A DNA stretch of 64,000 nucleotides from positions 64,001 to 128,000 of the forward strand of contig CAVZZO010000001.1 in the NCBI GenBank assembly GCA_963779755.1, written 5' to 3'. The translations under genes and the position numbers were made by a program. This document shows positions 26,889 through 35,748 of the stretch, piece by piece (the stretch's first letter is position 1; every line of letters begins with the position of its first letter). The notes beneath the pieces were generated by a model. That model was not told the DNA's origin. It saw nothing but the letters and a program-made list of their open reading frames with translations, and did no database searches. The DNA is from an uncultured Gemmatimonadales bacterium. GTDB taxonomy: Bacteria; Gemmatimonadota; Gemmatimonadetes; Gemmatimonadales; GWC2-71-9.

Positions 26889-29050
26889 GATGCCGGAACG
26901 TCGATGGGCATGCCGGTCCGGAGACTTTCCTCAATCAGAAACGTGGTGCGGGTAACCGCCACCAGCGTCTCCAGCTCGATCGGCATCGGCTCGCCCCGCG
27001 CAACCGCGCGGACAAAGGCGGCCACCTCTTCCGCGTGGCCTTTAGCCTGGTTCAGTAGCCGACGGCGCCGACGCCGATTCCCGGCGTGGAGCGTCAGGGT
27101 CCGGTAGTTGTCCATGATCGCGCTGCGGCCGCCGCTGGACACCTCGAAGTATTCCTTGGGCACGCTGCTATCGCCGTTGGCCAGATAGTGGATCGTCGCA
27201 ACCGAACCCCCGGCCAGGCGCAGGCTGATCGCCACCGCGTCCCTGTCGGCTGCACCCTCCCGGCCCTCGAAGGTCTCCTCAGCAAAAACCCGTTCCGGGA
27301 GCGCTCCTGCCAGAAAGCAGGCCAGGTCAACAAAATGACAGGCCTCGCCCACCATGCGTCCACCGCCCGACACCGGATCGAGCACCCAGCTGTCGGGCGG
27401 CAGCTGGCCCGCGTTGACCCGGTAGATCAGGTGCATCGGGCCGGGACGCTCACGCAGGAAGTCGCGGCATGCCACCGCCAGCGGCGAAAACCGCCGGTTG
27501 AACCCCACCATGAGCCTGGCGCCACCGGCCTCCCGGGTCGCGTCTTCCACCAGGTCCAGATCCGCGGGACTTATGGCCAGCGGTTTTTCCACGAAGACAG
27601 CCTTCCCCGCCCTGATCGCATCCCGCACCAGCGTCCCGTGCTGGTCATGCCTCGTCGCGATGACGACAGCATTGATCGCGGCATCGTTCAGGATGTCGGC
27701 CGCGTCGCTGGTACAGTAGCGGGCGCCGTAGCGCTCCCCGGCGTGCCGGCTGGTGAGCCCCGAGACGGTGCAGACCGCTTCGAACCGCACCCCGGGGTGC
27801 CTGAGAAACTGAGGCAGGAGAATCCCCTTGGCGAATTGGCCTGCCCCGATGACCCCGAGGCGCACGGTATCCCCCGCCTTCGCCGGCCGCGGCCGCGGCA
27901 GGGGCACCCGGGTGGCCGCCGGCTCCGCCTCGGGATAATCCAGCACGATCGCGATGGCGGGGGCCCGGTGCCGGCCGGTGACGATTTCGTAGGCCTGTTC
28001 CGCCCCGGTAATAGGGAAGCGCTGGGTGATCAGGGGATCCACGGTGATGGCCCCGCGTGACAGCAGGTCCAGGAAGGCGCTCATGTTGCGCCGCTCCGTC
28101 CAGCGCACGTAGGGCAGTGGGTAGTCCACCCCGCGGACCTCGTAGGCGGGATCGTATCGCCCGGGCCCGTAGGACCGGCTGACCACCACCCGGACCTCTT
28201 TCTCAAAGAGAGGCCGCCGCTCCAGTTGTAGCCCCACGTCCCCCACCACCACGATGCGGCCCCGCAACCGGGAGATGTCCGCCGCCTGACGCATGGGGCC
28301 GTCCGACTTGGTGGCCGCGCATACCAGCACGGCGTCCGCGCCGTGGCCTCCGGTCAGGCCCTGGACCAGCGCCGCGAGCTCTCCCGGGTTGCGGGCCGTA
28401 TGGTGGGCGCCCACCCCGCGCGCCAACTCGATCTTGGCGGGATCGGGATCGTACGCAACGACGCGGGCCCCCGCCGCCCGGGCCAACTGCAGCGCGACCT
28501 GACCCACCAGGCCCAGGCCGAGCACGACAACGATTTCCCCCAACTCGAGCTCGGCCAGGCGGACGCCCTGCATCGCGATGGCGCCGATCGCGACGAAACT
28601 CGCGCCATCGTGACTCACCCCGTCCGGAATGCGGACCGCGAGATTCCTCGGGACGTAATCCACCTCGGCATGATTGGCAAAGTTCAGTCCGGCGCAGGCC
28701 ACCTGGTCGCCCACCCGGAATTCCCCAGCATCCCGGCCCACGTCCACTACCTCGCCGGCACAGGAATAACCCAGCGGGATCGGTGAACTGATAAGGTTCC
28801 GGACGACTTGATAGGTGTTCCACAGGCCTTCCTGTTTCGCCCGGTTCATCACCTTGCGCGCCAGATCGGGCCGGTCCCTGGCCTTGCCCAGAGGTCCCTT
28901 CTGGGCCAGCGCGATGATGGCGCGTTCGGTGCCCAGGCTGATCAGGGATCGTTTGACCCGGACCAGAATGCCGCCCGGCTGGAGAGCCGGAGGGGGTACC
29001 TCGCCCACCACCAGGCGTCCGGATTGCATATCCTGCAGCACAGCCCTCAC
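26885..29050 (-). CDS. Bi-domain oxidoreductase (MDR dehydrogenase + Gfo/Idh/MocA)
   Basis: ISLGTE, PLGYSCAG, GLGLVG, SRSYGPGRYD; second domain GVIGAG, FVEKP, VGFNRRF, GEACHFVD. Confidence 0.92.
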   Translation of the reverse strand: MRAVLQDMQSGRLVVGEVPPPALQPGGILVRVKRSLISLGTERAIIALAQKGPLGKARDRPDLARKVMNRAKQEGLWNTYQVVRNLISSPIPLGYSCAGEVVDVGRDAGEFRVGDQVACAGLNFANHAEVDYVPRNLAVRIPDGVSHDGASFVAIGAIAMQGVRLAELELGEIVVVLGLGLVGQVALQLARAAGARVVAYDPDPAKIELARGVGAHHTARNPGELAALVQGLTGGHGADAVLVCAATKSDGPMRQAADISRLRGRIVVVGDVGLQLERRPLFEKEVRVVVSRSYGPGRYDPAYEVRGVDYPLPYVRWTERRNMSAFLDLLSRGAITVDPLITQRFPITGAEQAYEIVTGRHRAPAIAIVLDYPEAEPAATRVPLPRPRPAKAGDTVRLGVIGAGQFAKGILLPQFLRHPGVRFEAVCTVSGLTSRHAGERYGARYCTSDAADILNDAAINAVVIATRHDQHGTLVRDAIRAGKAVFVEKPLAISPADLDLVEDATREAGGARLMVGFNRRFSPLAVACRDFLRERPGPMHLIYRVNAGQLPPDSWVLDPVSGGGRMVGEACHFVDLACFLAGALPERVFAEETFEGREGAADRDAVAISLRLAGGSVATIHYLANGDSSVPKEYFEVSSGGRSAIMDNYRTLTLHAGNRRRRRRLLNQAKGHAEEVAAFVRAVARGEPMPIELETLVAVTRTTFLIEESLRTGMPIDVPAS

Positions 29051-29925
29051 GATGGCGCTCCTTCCAGCGCCCCGGCGGGCCGGATCGGCTGCGCCATGAG
29101 CGTTGCGGTATCGGTCCAGCGGTAGTGCCGGGCTACTTCATCGAGCATGATGCCGACGCGCGAGCGCTTGGCCGCGGCGCTGAGGAAAGACAGGGTGTAG
29201 ATCCTTCCCTGCCAGTGAGGCAGCTCCCCGACGGGCAACGGGTCGGCCAGATCGGTCAGGTGCAGGAGCATGACAAACGGGGTTGGGCTCGACCGGAGCC
29301 GGCGAAGACCCCGCCGGAAATACCAGGTACCGAACACCAGGCTGTACGAGGGATGAAATGGTGTCGGCAGGCCATCATAACGCGGCAGGGGCAATTCCCG
29401 CAGCGAGGAGCCTGCCAGCGGGAGGTGCGGGCCGGCCGCGCCGGCCGGCATTGCCCCGCGGGGCCGGCGCCGGCCGGCAAAACAGGAGGAGTCCCATGCG
29501 TACCCTGCCTCCGCCACCTGCTGGAGGGTGGGGCGATCCAGGGCGAACCCCGGCGCCCGGAAACCGGCCACCGCTACCCCGCTGAACCGGGAAAGACGCT
29601 CGCGGCTCTCCACCAGCTCGCGCCGGCGCTCGGCCGGCGGCAAGCCGACCAGATGCCGATGACTGACGGTGTGCGAGCCGATCTCGTGGCCCCGGCGAAC
29701 GGCTTCCCGCAGGAGCTCACGCTTCGCGTCGTCCTCCAGATCTTCAGCAATAACGAACAACGTCGCACGGAGGCTCCGCTCAGCCAGTAGCTCGAGGGTG
29801 CGCTCCAACCCGGAGGCAAACAGCCGATCCGCACCGGTCGGCACGGGCCAGCCGTGTGCCCGGAAGATATGTCGCCCCCCGTCGAGGTCGACGTGCAGGA
29901 CGGCAGGAGGTGGGTCAAGTGTCAT
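29047..29925 (-). CDS. Polysaccharide deacetylase (CE4/NodB-like)
   Basis: HVDLD, ATLFV, HEIGSHTVSH, GFRAPG, WDSS; ATG 29925 just after the upstream stop. Confidence 0.88.
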   Translation of the reverse strand: MTLDPPPAVLHVDLDGGRHIFRAHGWPVPTGADRLFASGLERTLELLAERSLRATLFVIAEDLEDDAKRELLREAVRRGHEIGSHTVSHRHLVGLPPAERRRELVESRERLSRFSGVAVAGFRAPGFALDRPTLQQVAEAGYAWDSSCFAGRRRPRGAMPAGAAGPHLPLAGSSLRELPLPRYDGLPTPFHPSYSLVFGTWYFRRGLRRLRSSPTPFVMLLHLTDLADPLPVGELPHWQGRIYTLSFLSAAAKRSRVGIMLDEVARHYRWTDTATLMAQPIRPAGALEGAPS

Positions 29926-29930
29926 GATGA

Positions 29931-31037
29931 TCAGCAGAACCAGCGGCTGAGCAGTCCGCCGCCCAGAGCCGTGACCCGGAGCGGAAGACGGCGCCAGAGT
30001 CGCCGTTCCAGCCCGCTGTCGTCGTAATAGCGCGCGAGCGACGGCGGCGCACGGCGAACGGCATGTGCATAGAGAGCAGCCAGCCGGTCGCTCGCTCCCC
30101 AGCGCCGTTTGAAGTCGATAAGCCCCGTCTGCTGCGTGGCGGACGTACCCCAACTCAACCGGACAGCGCCCTCGGCCAGGGCAAGATCAATGGCCGCTCC
30201 ATACAACGCGGCGTAGGCGCGGAGCGGCACGGCCTCGGCCAGGCAGGCGGCAAATTTGCTGATAATGTTCCGGCCGAGACAATACAGCACCAATCCCCCG
30301 ACCACTCTGCCGTCCACCTCGGCAAGCAGCAGACGCACGCCGCCCGTCGCGGCAAGCTCCTGCCACACTGCCGGGAAGTAACCCGGGCCGTACGGCGGCG
30401 TCCCGAATGCGCGGAAGGCCCGCAGGTACACCTCGTAGAAGGCCCGGCAGTCGCCCAGAGAGCGGGCTTCGCGAATAGTCACCCCTCGACTCCTCGCCTT
30501 GCGGATGGATTGCCGGTTGTCGGCGCTCACCCGGGACCAGACCTGGTCCCGATCGGTGAGGTCCATATCGGAGATGAACACAGGCTCGTTGCGAACCAGA
30601 CCGAGAGCCTCCAGCGGTTCGCTTGGACCGCTCAGCCGGAATTCCAGATACCCCACGCGCTCACGCTCAGACAGTGACACGGCCTCCCGCGCCAGCGCTG
30701 TCGCCGCCACCGGATCCGAGGCCAGCGGCCCTCCCGAGCCGATGTCGTAGGGAAGCGATAGCAGCTTCGACCCAAGCACGGGGAATCGAACCAGGAAGAG
30801 GGGGAGGACACCCGCTACCCGGCCGCTGCGCTCGGCTAGCAGATACAGCGGTCGATGCCCGAAGACCCGGGTGATGACGCTACGCCACGCCAAGGTGTGG
30901 TAGAGTGTCGCATCCGGATGCTCGGCCAGGTAGGCGGACCAGCGCGCCTCATCCGAAGCCAGCAGGGGACGAACAATCACCCCGGGATCCCCGGAGCCGG
31001 CCCGACGCTGGCCCACCGATTCGGCGCGGACGCTCAT
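29931..31037 (-). CDS. FemAB-like / GNAT protein of the type found in PEP-CTERM-associated EPS loci
   Basis: ATLYH..AW, GVLPL, LLSLPY..GGPLA, RQSIRKA, FGTP, GLIDFKRRWGA. Confidence 0.85.
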   Translation of the reverse strand: MSVRAESVGQRRAGSGDPGVIVRPLLASDEARWSAYLAEHPDATLYHTLAWRSVITRVFGHRPLYLLAERSGRVAGVLPLFLVRFPVLGSKLLSLPYDIGSGGPLASDPVAATALAREAVSLSERERVGYLEFRLSGPSEPLEALGLVRNEPVFISDMDLTDRDQVWSRVSADNRQSIRKARSRGVTIREARSLGDCRAFYEVYLRAFRAFGTPPYGPGYFPAVWQELAATGGVRLLLAEVDGRVVGGLVLYCLGRNIISKFAACLAEAVPLRAYAALYGAAIDLALAEGAVRLSWGTSATQQTGLIDFKRRWGASDRLAALYAHAVRRAPPSLARYYDDSGLERRLWRRLPLRVTALGGGLLSRWFC

Positions 31038-31129
31038 GGGGTCCAAGTGATTATCATCCTTCGGGATACGTTGAATCAGGATGCACGATTTGACACCCGG
31101 GAACCTGAGTACCGGGCGGGGTGCCATCG

Positions 31130-31145
31130 TGCAAGATCTCTGCCA
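31130..31145 (-). promoter_or_regulatory. Sigma54 -24/-12 promoter, internal to the glycan locus
   Basis: Minus strand TGGCAGAGATCTTGCA (GG-N10-GC, TTGCA -12 box) in the gap about 90 nt before ATG 31037. Confidence 0.7.
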
Positions 31146-31185
31146 TTCCTTGCACGATATTCGGGTTTTCCGGGGTTCTGGCAGT

Positions 31186-32352
31186 CTACCCCGAAGGCCC
31201 GACGGCACGCCAGTGGGAAAGGAACTCCAGCAGCCGATCTCGCTCCACCGGTGTCATCCCGAGGTGGGTCGGCAAGCCCACTAGCCTGGCGGCGACCCAT
31301 TCCGCCTGAGGGCAGGAGCCCGACACGTATCCCAGTTGGGAAAGCTCACTGCTCGACTGCAGCGGGTAGATCACCGTGTCTCCCGGCCAGGGAATGATCT
31401 CCTGACGCGCCGCCCTGGCCGAAGCGAGCAGATCCCGCTTGGCATCGGCCAGCAAGGGGAAGTAGAGCAGCGGCAGGCCGGAGGCTCCGGCCCGGGTTCG
31501 GAGAACCGGATGCGCACCCAGCACCCGCTGGTAATGCTCGGTCATTGCCCGGCGGTGCATGACGAGCTGATCTGCCCGCTGCAACCATCGAAGGCCGCGA
31601 CGCTCCTGGTAGGCACTGGGCGCATGGGCCGTCGCCAGGATTTCAGCTGCGATCCGATCCTCCAGCGATCGCGATTGATATGCCGATGCCACCCGCCGGT
31701 ACAGGGTGAGCATCGGCCAGTACCGTCGGGGAGTCAGGACCGCGGCATGCAGGGCGGCTTCGAGAGCAAGCCGGAGATCGGTGCCGGGGCCGTTCCGTGG
31801 CAGGGCGTCCCGCCGGGCCCGGAGATGAGCGGCCAAAGGGCTGTCATCGGTAAGGGCGAGGCCGCCGCTCCCGGCGGGAAGCGGTTTCAGAAAGTTATTG
31901 CTGTAGAGCGCCGCCACACCCAGGACCGGCATGCGGAGTGGCATGCATTGAGCGCGGTCCTCGATCAGGGGGATCCCGCGCGAGCGGGCCACGTCGAGCA
32001 CGCCGGAGGCTCCGCCCGGAAGGCCGTAAGTGTGCTGGAACAGGATCGCGCGCGTTCCGCTGGTGCACGCCTCCCGGGCCGCTGCGGGGCTCAGGTTGAG
32101 CGTCCCGGGGTCAATATCCGCCCACCGCGGGCGCACTCCCCGGCTGAGCAGAGCGAGCGGCACGACCTGGCAGGTGAGGGGCGAGAGGACCACCTCATCA
32201 CCGGCACCGATATTGAGCACCTCGAGCAGGGCAGCCAGGGCATGGCGGGCATAGCCGAAGGCTACGGCATGGACCGCACCGACTCGCTCTGCCATCCCCG
32301 ATTCATGCCGGGATTCCGCCCCTCCCGGCACTCGGGCCCCCGGTGCACTCAT
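31186..32352 (-). CDS. DegT/DnrJ/EryC1/StrS family PLP-dependent aminotransferase
   Basis: GDEVV, ADID..TLN, HTYGLP, IEDRAQ, SNNFLKPL..GSGG (catalytic Lys), GLPTH; ATG 32352 overlaps the upstream stop. Confidence 0.87.
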   Translation of the reverse strand: MSAPGARVPGGAESRHESGMAERVGAVHAVAFGYARHALAALLEVLNIGAGDEVVLSPLTCQVVPLALLSRGVRPRWADIDPGTLNLSPAAAREACTSGTRAILFQHTYGLPGGASGVLDVARSRGIPLIEDRAQCMPLRMPVLGVAALYSNNFLKPLPAGSGGLALTDDSPLAAHLRARRDALPRNGPGTDLRLALEAALHAAVLTPRRYWPMLTLYRRVASAYQSRSLEDRIAAEILATAHAPSAYQERRGLRWLQRADQLVMHRRAMTEHYQRVLGAHPVLRTRAGASGLPLLYFPLLADAKRDLLASARAARQEIIPWPGDTVIYPLQSSSELSQLGYVSGSCPQAEWVAARLVGLPTHLGMTPVERDRLLEFLSHWRAVGPSG

Positions 32353-33371
32353 CCTGCGTCGCCCTTCCGTCCTGGGGCCCGGCCTGGACTTGAGCGGAAC
32401 CCGTAGACCAGCGCACCGACGGCCGCGGCGGGGAGCATCCCCACTCGCCACGCCAGCAGCAGCCTGGCGCCTCCCTGAAAGCCGGCCAGCCGGAATAAGC
32501 CGGCGAAGACCGCCTCCCCCACACCCAGACCGCCGGGGGTCAGGGGTATCCAGTTGGCGACCAGGCCGAGGAGAGCGAGAAATGGGGTCAGCAGCGGCGG
32601 GGAGCCGGGGACCAGAACGGTACCGGCGGCGGCAAATGCCAGAGCCAGCGCTATCTGACCAACGCAGGAGAGCAGGAGCGCCTGCAGGACCGCACGCCGG
32701 TGGTGTCGCAGCGCGTGCAGCGCATCGAGGCCTCGCGCCAGCACCCGGTGAAACGGTGCGCGGGTAACAAGCCAGCGATACAGTGGGACGGCTCGAATGG
32801 ACGATGACCATGCCACGGCCGTCACCGCCAGGAGGAGCAGGATGCCGCCGAAGGCTGCTGCCCCCAGCACGGCAACGGGCCCCGGCTGGGTGAGCTGCCG
32901 CCAGTGGACCACTCCCAGGGCCAGCACCAGCAGCAGCATCGAGAACAACCCGATCGCCCGGTCCACCAGGACCAGCGCGGCCAGCTCCACGCCACGCGAG
33001 CGGTTATGCTGTGCCAGGTAATACAGCTTGACCAGGTCTCCGCCGGTCCCGCCGGGGACACAGAGACTGAAGAACACGCTCATGACGACCAGGGAGAGGC
33101 TGGCACGGAACTCCAGCACCAGGTCCTGGGACCGAACCAGCAGGCATAGTCGCTTCGCCTCCACCGCGACACCGATCACGGTGAAGGCGACGAAACCGGG
33201 CAGCAGCCAGGGGGTGGAGAAGAACATCGTCACGCTGCGCCACCCTCCGGTCCGGCTCAGCACATAGGCCAGCAGGCCGAAGCCCAGCAGGATCCGGAGG
33301 GTCATCCAGGCCCAGCCCCAGCGGCGGTGTCGGCCGGGCCCCGCGGCAGCGGGCGACTCGATCGTCGTCAT
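32349..33371 (-). CDS. Flippase-like membrane protein (lysylphosphatidylglycerol synthase TM / UPF0104)
   Basis: PGGTGGDLVK, LVDRAIGL, IPLTPGGLGVGE. Confidence 0.87.
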   Translation of the reverse strand: MTTIESPAAAGPGRHRRWGWAWMTLRILLGFGLLAYVLSRTGGWRSVTMFFSTPWLLPGFVAFTVIGVAVEAKRLCLLVRSQDLVLEFRASLSLVVMSVFFSLCVPGGTGGDLVKLYYLAQHNRSRGVELAALVLVDRAIGLFSMLLLVLALGVVHWRQLTQPGPVAVLGAAAFGGILLLLAVTAVAWSSSIRAVPLYRWLVTRAPFHRVLARGLDALHALRHHRRAVLQALLLSCVGQIALALAFAAAGTVLVPGSPPLLTPFLALLGLVANWIPLTPGGLGVGEAVFAGLFRLAGFQGGARLLLAWRVGMLPAAAVGALVYGFRSSPGRAPGRKGDAG

Positions 33372-33374
33372 CGC

Positions 33375-34784
33375 CTAGAGCCGGAGTTCCGGGCGAAGGC
33401 CCGGCCGGAAGCGGAGCCCGCCGACCAGCAGCAGGGTCGTCCCGTACACGGCCATACCCACCGGGACCAGCAGAAGAACCGAGGCAGGCCGGAGGCTCAG
33501 GAGAACCGCTGCCATGACGCCGCTGGAGACCGCCACCCGCCAGAAGCGGATGGGACCCGGACCGGGGTACCCCACTCTGCCGGCAAGCAGCAGCATCCCG
33601 GCGGTGCGCACCGCTTCCGTGGCCAGGGTAGCGGCGGCCGCCCCCAGCATACCCCAGCGCGGGACCATGGCGAAATTGAGGCCGAGATTGAACAACGCCG
33701 CCGCCAGGGTAACCCGGAACACCCATTCCTGTCGGCCTGCGACGATGAGAGCCGTCTGCGGGACGTTCCGGAAGAATGCGACGGGAATAGACCAGAGCAG
33801 GATGATCAGTGCCGTTCCGGCGGCCAGATACTGGGACCCGAACACCAGGCCAAGCAGCCCCCCGGCCAACAGCGTGCCGCCCACCGCGACCGGCAGGGCG
33901 CCGGCGAACACCTGAACCAGGGCAGAGTGATAGAGGCGGCCGCGCTCTTCCGGCGTGGGATGCAGACGGGTCAGGGTGGGAAGCAGGCTTTGCCCGTAGG
34001 TGACCCCCAGATTGAGCAGAAAGCTGATCAGCGTATACGCTGCGGCGTACTGGCCCACTTCCCGGGCAGAGCGGAAGACCCGCAGAAAGATCAGGTCGGA
34101 GTTATAGATGACCAGGCCGACTACGGCATTCCCGGCCAGCCACACCGCCGGCCGCACCACCCGGGCCGCTTCCCGCGGTGCCCAGCGGAGCCGGAGGCGA
34201 TAGCCGGCCCGGGCCAGTCCCCAGGCCAGCAACAGAGCCCCCGCCATATCGCCCGAGAACTGCGCCAGCGGGACCCGCCCGAGGTCGCCGGGTCCGCGCA
34301 AGAGCGCCAGCACCAGGAGCAGCATGGTGGCTTCTCCCACGGCCCGTGCCAGGGCGGCGTAGCCGGCCTGCTCCAGACCGAGGTGGACCCAGCGGGTATT
34401 TCCTCCGACGGCCAGCAGGGTGAGGGAGTAGACGGCGAGAATGGCACCGTCGGGCTGGGGCATGAATCCCAGCCCGACGGTGATGCACACCAGGGCGAGC
34501 GCCGCGCCGAAAGCCAGACGCAGTGCCAGGATGGGGGGCACGAACCGGTCGACGGTTTCCGGGTGCGCCGCGACCTCCCGGACCCCCAAGACCTCGACCC
34601 CGCAATCCGCCAGGTAGTTGAGGTAGAGCAGCACCGCCACGGCCACCGCGACGACGCCGTATCCCCCCGCCCCCAGCAGGCGGGCCAGCACGATGGTGGC
34701 CCCAAAGGAGATCAGGCGCGCCGCGACTTCACCCCCGCCCAGCGTGGCGAAATTCCGCGCAACCGCCGAATCAGCGCGGGAAAT
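33375..34784 (-). CDS. Wzx-type flippase (MOP superfamily)
   Basis: VARNFATL..GE..AR, LARLLG..GYG, D..FL, VGQYAAAY, NLGLN..MVPRWGMLGAA. First canonical start is GTG 34691, but the family-like N-terminus extends upstream to ATT 34784. Confidence 0.85.
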   Translation of the reverse strand: MSRADSAVARNFATLGGGEVAARLISFGATIVLARLLGAGGYGVVAVAVAVLLYLNYLADCGVEVLGVREVAAHPETVDRFVPPILALRLAFGAALALVCITVGLGFMPQPDGAILAVYSLTLLAVGGNTRWVHLGLEQAGYAALARAVGEATMLLLVLALLRGPGDLGRVPLAQFSGDMAGALLLAWGLARAGYRLRLRWAPREAARVVRPAVWLAGNAVVGLVIYNSDLIFLRVFRSAREVGQYAAAYTLISFLLNLGVTYGQSLLPTLTRLHPTPEERGRLYHSALVQVFAGALPVAVGGTLLAGGLLGLVFGSQYLAAGTALIILLWSIPVAFFRNVPQTALIVAGRQEWVFRVTLAAALFNLGLNFAMVPRWGMLGAAAATLATEAVRTAGMLLLAGRVGYPGPGPIRFWRVAVSSGVMAAVLLSLRPASVLLLVPVGMAVYGTTLLLVGGLRFRPGLRPELRL

Positions 34785-35673
34785 AGATCACCCAGAAGCA
34801 GTAGAGAAACCAGAGCACCACCGACCCAAGCAGCGAGCGGTCCGCAAACAGCACTTCGTTGGGATTGCCTGCGTCGCGCTGATGGACCAGATAGAGGTAC
34901 CGGAAGACGCCGTACAGCACGAAGACGGTGCTGTAGGTCAGCCGATATCCCGTCTCAGCCACTTTTTCCGGTGAAAGCGTGTACATGATGTAGGCGACGA
35001 TCGTCACCGACAGAAGCACGCCGGACATCTGATCGAGGAAGGCGGGACTGTAATGCGCCAGTACGCTCCGATGCTGCGCCGAATCGGCGCCCAGGAGCTG
35101 CAGCTCATGCCGCCGCTTGGCGAAACCGAGGTACAGCGCCAGGAGGCCGCCGCAGAGGAGCAGCCAGATGGAAGGAACGACATCGATCGCGCGCGAGCCC
35201 GCGAGCAGCCGCAGAATGAAGAACCCGGCGATACAGAAGACGTCCAGCACCACCACGTGTTTGAGCCGGAAGGAATACAGAACATTCAGCACCAGGTAGC
35301 TGGCACCGATTGCCGCCACATCCAGTCCCAAAGCCACGCTGACCGCGAGACCGGCCCCCGCCAGCCCGGCACCGAACCAGGCGGCGGCCCGGACGCTGAG
35401 ACGGCCGGATGCCACCGGCCGGAGGCGCTTGAGCGGATGCTGCCGGTCCGCCTCCCGGTCCAACACGTCGTTCCAGGTATAGACGGCGCTGGCCAGCAGA
35501 CAGAAGCCCAGAAAGGCTACAGCAGCGCGCAGGTCGGCACTGCGCAGCAGGAAGCGCCCGGAGAAGAGAAGCGGCGTCAGGACGAAGGCGTTCTTCACCC
35601 ACTGCCGGGGCCGCATCAGCCGGACCCAGTCACCCGGGGAGGCGTGCGTTACTGAAACGCCGGTCACCGCCAT
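34771..35673 (-). CDS. UbiA-family polyprenyl-phosphate 5-phosphoribosyltransferase (DPPR synthase-like)
   Basis: MRPRQWVKNAFV, YTWNDVLDREADRQHPLKRLRPVASG, YSFRLKH..VLD, KRRHEL, FRYLYL. Confidence 0.88.
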   Translation of the reverse strand: MAVTGVSVTHASPGDWVRLMRPRQWVKNAFVLTPLLFSGRFLLRSADLRAAVAFLGFCLLASAVYTWNDVLDREADRQHPLKRLRPVASGRLSVRAAAWFGAGLAGAGLAVSVALGLDVAAIGASYLVLNVLYSFRLKHVVVLDVFCIAGFFILRLLAGSRAIDVVPSIWLLLCGGLLALYLGFAKRRHELQLLGADSAQHRSVLAHYSPAFLDQMSGVLLSVTIVAYIMYTLSPEKVAETGYRLTYSTVFVLYGVFRYLYLVHQRDAGNPNEVLFADRSLLGSVVLWFLYCFWVIYFPR

Positions 35674-35748
35674 TTCATCCTCATCGGTTTGACCTCCACA
35701 TCCCTGCCGCGGTAGACTTCAGGCACCACTAAAGAGCAGAGTACTGCA

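Noticed and set aside
12461..35673. Genomic island or mobile origin of the glycan locus
   Set aside because: Codon use looks somewhat less GC-biased by eye, but I cannot quantify it and see no integrase, transposase, tRNA or flanking direct repeats.
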